64,000 nucleotides of DNA, from positions 202,203 to 266,202 of the forward strand of contig JASFQK010000001.1 of NCBI GenBank assembly GCA_050115495.1, given 5' to 3'. Numbering within the stretch: the first letter of the stretch is position 1; the number at the start of each line of letters is the position of its first letter. A program made the position numbers and the translations under genes. Below the pieces are notes generated by a model, which had not been told where the DNA came from, ran no database searches, and saw only the letters and a program-made list of their open reading frames with translations. This document shows positions 59,598 to 64,000 of the stretch, one piece after another. This DNA is from Phycisphaerae bacterium. Its GTDB lineage: Bacteria > Planctomycetota > Phycisphaerae > UBA1845 > Fen-1342.

Positions 59598-62093
59598 ATG
59601 AGTTTCCGTCCATCTTCCACGCAGGTTCCACCGCCGAAGGACTGGCAGCGGTTCGAACGCAACATGCGTGACCTGTACGAGGCCCACTGGGGGGCCACCG
59701 CCACCATGCACGGCCGTACCGGCCAGCCGCAGCACGGTGTGGACATCTACGGCCAACCGAAGGGCGACGACTATCACGGCGTCCAATGCAAGCTACACGA
59801 GGGCAATCTCAGCGCTGCCGCCGCAGAGAAGGAACTACGGGGCGAAATCAAGAAGGCCACCAAGTTCAAGCCTCGCATCGCTCGCTTCATTCTGGCTACT
59901 ACGGCCCCCCGTGACGCAACGATCCAGGCGTTCGTCCGGCAGTTCAACGAGGATGAACACAAGCCCTTCACCGTGGAAGTCGCCTTCTGGGACGACATCC
60001 TTGCCCTGTACGAACAACACGCGGATGTCTTTGAGCGCCACTACGCGTTCAGCGTTCCCACTCGGAGCTTGCACCAACTCCGCCCGCCCGTGGCGGATTT
60101 CACCGGCCGCACCGCCGAAATCGACGAGTTGCTCGAAAAGCTGCAATCCGGCGGCGTGGCCATCACCGGCGTACATGGCCTCGGCGGAATCGGCAAGACC
60201 GAACTGGCCCTCGCGCTGGCCGAGCGGCTGGACGGGCAGTACCCCGACGCACAGATCTACCTCGACCTCCGAGGCACACAGGAAACGCCGGTTTCGCCGG
60301 CCGATGCGCTCCGGCATGTGATCCTCAGCTTCCACGCCGAGCAGAAGCTCCCGGACGACGTGTCGGCTTTGCAGGGGTTCTACCGCTCCACGTTACACGA
60401 GAAGCGTGTTCTCCTGCTGATGGACAACGCCGCCGAGGCAGAGCAGCTTGAGCCGCTGGCGCCACCGCCGACGGGATGCGTACTGCTGGTCACATCGCGG
60501 CAGCAGTTCGCGTTACCCGGTCTGTATGTGAAGAACCTGGATACGTTGTCGCCGGAGGACGCACGCGACCTGTTGCTGCGCATCTGCCCGCGTATCGGCG
60601 ACGCGGCGGAGCGGATCGCGGAGCTATGCGGCCGTCTGCCGCTGGCCCTGCGACTGGCCGGCAGCGCGCTGGCCGGACGGCGAAACCTGTCGCCCGACGA
60701 CTACGTGCGCCGGCTGACCGACGAACAGCAGCGGCTCAAGCATCTGGACAAGGTGGCCGCGTCGCTTCGTTTGAGCGATGCGCTGTTGCCGGACGAACTG
60801 CGTCATGCGTGGTATGCGTTGTCCATCTTCCCCGGCACGTTCGACCTGCTGGCGGCGGCGGCCGTCTGGGGCGTGGAGACGGACCTCGCGCAGAACACGC
60901 TCGGCGATCTGCTGCACTACAGCGTGCTCGATCTGAACGAAGCGACCGGACGCTACCGACTGCACGACCTCGTCCGCCTCTATGCCGGCGAGCAACTTGC
61001 CGCTGACGAGCGGTTCGCGGCCCAGCAGCGGCACGCGGCACACTACTGTGGGGTTGCTGCGGCGACCACCAAGCTCTACCTCGGTAGCGCTGAAGGCGTG
61101 ACCAAGGGGCTGGCGCTGTTCGATCTGGAGTGGCCGAACATCGCAGCCGGGTTCGCCTGGGCACAGGCTCACGCCGTCACGGATGATGCGGCCGCGCGGC
61201 TGTGCAGCGACTACCCAGACGCCGGTACCTACTGCCTCGACCTGCGCCAACATCCCCGCGAGAAGATCGCGTGGCGCGAAGCCGCCCTCTCCGCCGCCCG
61301 GCGGCTCGCTGACAAACGTGCGGAGAGCGTGCATCTCGGCAACCTGGGCGTCGCCCATGCCGATTTCGGCGAGCCCCGAAGGGCCATCGAGCTCTACGAG
61401 CAGCAACTGACCATCAAGCAAGAGATCGGCGACCGGCGTGGCGAGGGTAACGCCTTGGGCTGCCTGGGCAACGCCTACGCCGACTTGGGCGAGCCCCGCC
61501 GGGCCATCGAGTTCTACGAGCAGGCTCTGGCCATTGACCGCGAGATCGGCTACCGGCGTGGCGAGGGCAACGCCTTGGGCAACCTGGGCAGCGCCTACGC
61601 CGCCTTGGGCGAGCCCCGCCGCGCCATCGAGTTCTGCGAACAGCAACTGACGATCACACGCGAGATCGGCTACCGGCGTGGCGAGGGCAACGCCTTGGGC
61701 AACCTGGGCAGCGCCTACGCCGCCTTGGGCGAGCCCCGCCGCGCCATCGAGTTCTACGAGCAGGCGCTAGCCATTGACCGCGAGATCGGCGACCGGCGCG
61801 GCGAGGGCGCCGACTTGGGCAACCTGGGCCTCGCCTACGCCGCCTTGGGCGAACCCCGCCGGGCCATCGAGTTCTACGAGCAACAACTGGTCATCGCCCG
61901 TGAGATCGGCGACCGGCGCGGCGAGGCCACTGCCTGCTGGAATGCAGGCTTGGCGCATGAGAAGCTCGGCGATTTGCCCCGGGCGGTCGAGCTGATGCAA
62001 GTCTGCGTGGACTACGAGCGCGAGATCGGGCACCCCGACGCCGAGAAGGACGCCGCCCGCGTTGCCGAGCTTCGCGCGCGGCTCAAGGCGTGA
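59598..62093 (+). CDS. Restriction-endonuclease-like / NB-ARC (STAND) / TPR protein
   Basis: N-terminal WQRFE...GRTGQPQHGVDI...GVQCK; GLGGIGKT, LLMDNA, LVTSR, GRLPLAL, LHDL; 40-aa TPR repeats. Confidence 0.92.
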   Translation: MSFRPSSTQVPPPKDWQRFERNMRDLYEAHWGATATMHGRTGQPQHGVDIYGQPKGDDYHGVQCKLHEGNLSAAAAEKELRGEIKKATKFKPRIARFILATTAPRDATIQAFVRQFNEDEHKPFTVEVAFWDDILALYEQHADVFERHYAFSVPTRSLHQLRPPVADFTGRTAEIDELLEKLQSGGVAITGVHGLGGIGKTELALALAERLDGQYPDAQIYLDLRGTQETPVSPADALRHVILSFHAEQKLPDDVSALQGFYRSTLHEKRVLLLMDNAAEAEQLEPLAPPPTGCVLLVTSRQQFALPGLYVKNLDTLSPEDARDLLLRICPRIGDAAERIAELCGRLPLALRLAGSALAGRRNLSPDDYVRRLTDEQQRLKHLDKVAASLRLSDALLPDELRHAWYALSIFPGTFDLLAAAAVWGVETDLAQNTLGDLLHYSVLDLNEATGRYRLHDLVRLYAGEQLAADERFAAQQRHAAHYCGVAAATTKLYLGSAEGVTKGLALFDLEWPNIAAGFAWAQAHAVTDDAAARLCSDYPDAGTYCLDLRQHPREKIAWREAALSAARRLADKRAESVHLGNLGVAHADFGEPRRAIELYEQQLTIKQEIGDRRGEGNALGCLGNAYADLGEPRRAIEFYEQALAIDREIGYRRGEGNALGNLGSAYAALGEPRRAIEFCEQQLTITREIGYRRGEGNALGNLGSAYAALGEPRRAIEFYEQALAIDREIGDRRGEGADLGNLGLAYAALGEPRRAIEFYEQQLVIAREIGDRRGEATACWNAGLAHEKLGDLPRAVELMQVCVDYEREIGHPDAEKDAARVAELRARLKA
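61335..61935 (+). repeat. About five near-identical 120-bp coding tandem repeats (TPR array)
   Basis: Repeated ggcgagccccgccgggccatcgagttctacgagcag...gagatcggc.accggcgtggcgagggc at 120-bp period. Confidence 0.9.
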
Positions 62094-62160
62094 ACGTCGC
62101 CACGCTTCCCCCCCACCGCAGCCCGCCCTACAAGGTTGCCTGCTACCGCGGGGGTGGCCG

Positions 62161-62424
62161 CTACTTCTTCGTTTTGCGTTTCGGCTTGGGTTTCGCTTTG
62201 GGCGGGTCGTCGATCAGTTCAAGCAGATCGCCGGGCGATACACCTAGGGCGCGGCACAGCTTCTCCAAGTTGGCCATGGTTGTGTGGTGGCCCAGCCTGG
62301 AGCCGATCTTCTTCAAGGTTGACACGGCGATACCCGTCACCTCGGAGAGCTTGGCATACGTCATGCGGTCGCCGGTGCGACGGCGATACGCTTCCATGGC
62401 CTCCCTGAGCTTGACTACCAGCAA
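62161..62424 (-). CDS. XRE/Cro-CI family HTH regulator
   Basis: MTYAKLSEVTGIAVSTLKKI...LEKLCRALGVSPGDLL; probable TTG start after AAGGCGG. Confidence 0.88.
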   Translation of the reverse strand: MLVVKLREAMEAYRRRTGDRMTYAKLSEVTGIAVSTLKKIGSRLGHHTTMANLEKLCRALGVSPGDLLELIDDPPKAKPKPKRKTKK

Positions 62425-62470
62425 GAGTTCCGCCTTTCGATTCTTAGGTATCGACAATCGGAACTTTTCC

Positions 62471-62499
62471 TTGACACCAACGACATCATGCGGTATATT
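62471..62499 (+). promoter_or_regulatory. Near-consensus sigma-70 promoter, divergent from the XRE gene
   Basis: TTGACA-N17-TATATT. Confidence 0.8.
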
Positions 62500-62570
62500 A
62501 CTAGACAATACGTAGGTGTGCCACGCGTCCGGAGCAGCACGCTTCGAGATGCGTCGTGGCAGAGTGTCTT

Positions 62571-62760
62571 GGCTGACAAACCGTCACTGCGACCGTCCGC
62601 TGGCTCAAGAGCGCGTGTCGCCTGTCTATCCTGCCGAGACAGCCTCGCCCGGGTGAGTGTCCGCGCCTATCATGCGGGCGCTACCCGGTGCGCGGGGCCG
62701 CGTGGATAGACGTGACGGTTTGTCCGCAGCCTTTAGCGCATCGGGTGGCGCCCGTTTTCT
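62571..62760 (+). ncRNA. Structured leader RNA with alternative pairings (C4/CI antisense-like candidate)
   Basis: 19-bp stem 62675-62693/62736-62754 followed by TTTT; loop 62704-62724 is complementary to 62624-62631 and 62575-62587. Confidence 0.6.
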
Positions 62761-62870
62761 ATTCGGGGAGCCGCCGACGGTAAGCCTCACACGGTTAGCA
62801 CAGGACGCGGGGACGGTACGCGAATGTAGGGCGCGCACGGCTCGCCTTGCTTGCGCGAGGAGGACACACG

Positions 62871-63206
62871 ATGGCCGATCGCTGGCAGTTCGACGAGAAG
62901 GAATTCAAGGCGTGGTGGAATGCCCTGCCGCCGCCGTACCGGAGGGTCTTTCACGCCCTGATCCTCATCCGGTACGCCATCGCCGGCAAGGTGCCCCGCT
63001 ATGATGAACCGCCCCCCTGGCTCGGGCGAACGCTGCGCAAGGCCGACCGTGACACGCTGTTCGGCGTCATCGCCGAATGCCTTCATCTGATGATGGACGC
63101 CCCGTTGATCAACCGCGGCCGCCGCCGGCCGAAGCGGCGGGCGGCCGCCACGCCAGTAAGGAAGATCGAAGTGGGACGCCCGGGCCGCCAGAGTCGGGCG
63201 AAATGA
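62871..63206 (+). CDS. Small basic hypothetical protein
   Basis: GAGGAGG RBS plus ATG; ATGA coupling to the next ORF. Confidence 0.75.
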   Translation: MADRWQFDEKEFKAWWNALPPPYRRVFHALILIRYAIAGKVPRYDEPPPWLGRTLRKADRDTLFGVIAECLHLMMDAPLINRGRRRPKRRAAATPVRKIEVGRPGRQSRAK

Positions 63207-63880
63207 ACGCGAGCGTCGTCGCCGCCGCGACGGAACCGGCGGGAGTGGCCCATTCCGTGGCGGGCACGACCTGTGCTGTGGCAGGCACGGTCCGCCCCAC
63301 GGCGGGGGCGGGGGACAGGGCCCGTAGCGTGGCGCGGCCTGCGGTGGAAGACGCGGCCGCGCCGCCGGACGTCTTGCTGACGGCGCTGGCGCATGAACTG
63401 CGCCCGCATGGCGAGCTCGACTTGCACACGCTGACCTATCACCTCGAGCAGTCGGACGCGACGGCGGCACACGGGTTCTGGCACGCCGCCGTCAACGAGG
63501 CGCGGTCGTTCCTGGAGGGACTGGTGGCCGGCGTCGCCCAGGCGGTGGAACGCCGAACGCCGGGCAAGTCGCGGGTTCGCGTTCGCAACGGATCGCCGGT
63601 GTTCGTGGCGTTCAGCACGGATCGCGAATTTCTGTTGGCGAGCGGGTTCACGGATGGCGATGAGAACGCCGTTTTGCTGTGCGCGTACAGCGTGGCGAGC
63701 GCGAAGGGCAGCCACGCCGGCGTAACGGACGAAGCCTGGGCTCGGCTGGTTCGCGCGGTCGTTTTCGCCGCCGGCGAGTACGTGGTGTCGCGCTATGCGG
63801 CGTGGAAGCGGGATGGGCCCCCGGTCCCGGCGGCACCGCCGAAACCCACCTTCTGGCGACGATGGTGGGGGAAGACGTAG
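63203..63880 (+). CDS. Hypothetical helical protein (possible Abi_C/HEPN-like)
   Basis: AVNEARSFLE...ASAKGSHAG; coupled to the upstream ORF. Confidence 0.65.
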   Translation: MNASVVAAATEPAGVAHSVAGTTCAVAGTVRPTAGAGDRARSVARPAVEDAAAPPDVLLTALAHELRPHGELDLHTLTYHLEQSDATAAHGFWHAAVNEARSFLEGLVAGVAQAVERRTPGKSRVRVRNGSPVFVAFSTDREFLLASGFTDGDENAVLLCAYSVASAKGSHAGVTDEAWARLVRAVVFAAGEYVVSRYAAWKRDGPPVPAAPPKPTFWRRWWGKT

Positions 63881-64000
63881 GGCAGGCAGACATGGCCCGC
63901 GCAATCCCCGCCAGAATCCGCCAGAACACGCCAAACTCCGCCAATCCCCCCCGCCCCTCCGTCACCACGCGTCTTCGTGATCTACACTTAACACAGACGA

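Noticed and set aside
61335..61935. 120-bp repeats as CRISPR or a DGR template/variable pair
   Set aside because: They are contiguous in-frame TPR units; no reverse transcriptase is present and no adenine-specific pattern is evident

Overview
A GC-rich chromosomal window, very probably from a planctomycete, since it encodes the PVC-superphylum small basic signature protein. The left ~50 kb is mostly core or semi-core. It holds an ABC exporter, rnc, a large uncharacterised membrane module (P1B-ATPase, two ABC-2 permeases, an ABC ATPase, three tandem SPFH/HflK-HflC-like proteins and a 731-aa membrane-anchored protein), gltX, a TrmE-like GTPase, coaX and obg. It also holds a sigma-54 activator, two peptidases, a cytoplasmic sensory-type [NiFe]-hydrogenase between a Cache-PAS protein and a hybrid kinase, a tRNA-Leu(UAA) with a short variable loop, an L,D-transpeptidase, a GH65 enzyme with an in-frame palindromic-repeat insertion, hflX, a cheA-cheW-cheD-HDOD-cheY cluster and an orphan imuA. 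From tRNA-Cys (51 kb) onward the region looks accessory. It contains a decayed tRNA-integrated islet with a PEP-CTERM-like gene, a promoter-driven two-gene YwgA/antitoxin-like plus SAMHD1-like HD dNTPase operon, and a restriction-endonuclease/NB-ARC/TPR (NLR-like) protein. It ends with an XRE repressor divergent from a consensus promoter, a strongly structured RNA leader with alternative pairings, and two unknown ORFs. The best candidates for undescribed systems are the SPFH-triplet/ABC/P-ATPase module, the two putative defence loci, the hydrogenase signalling cassette and the RNA switch. All assignments come from motif reading by eye; no searches were run.
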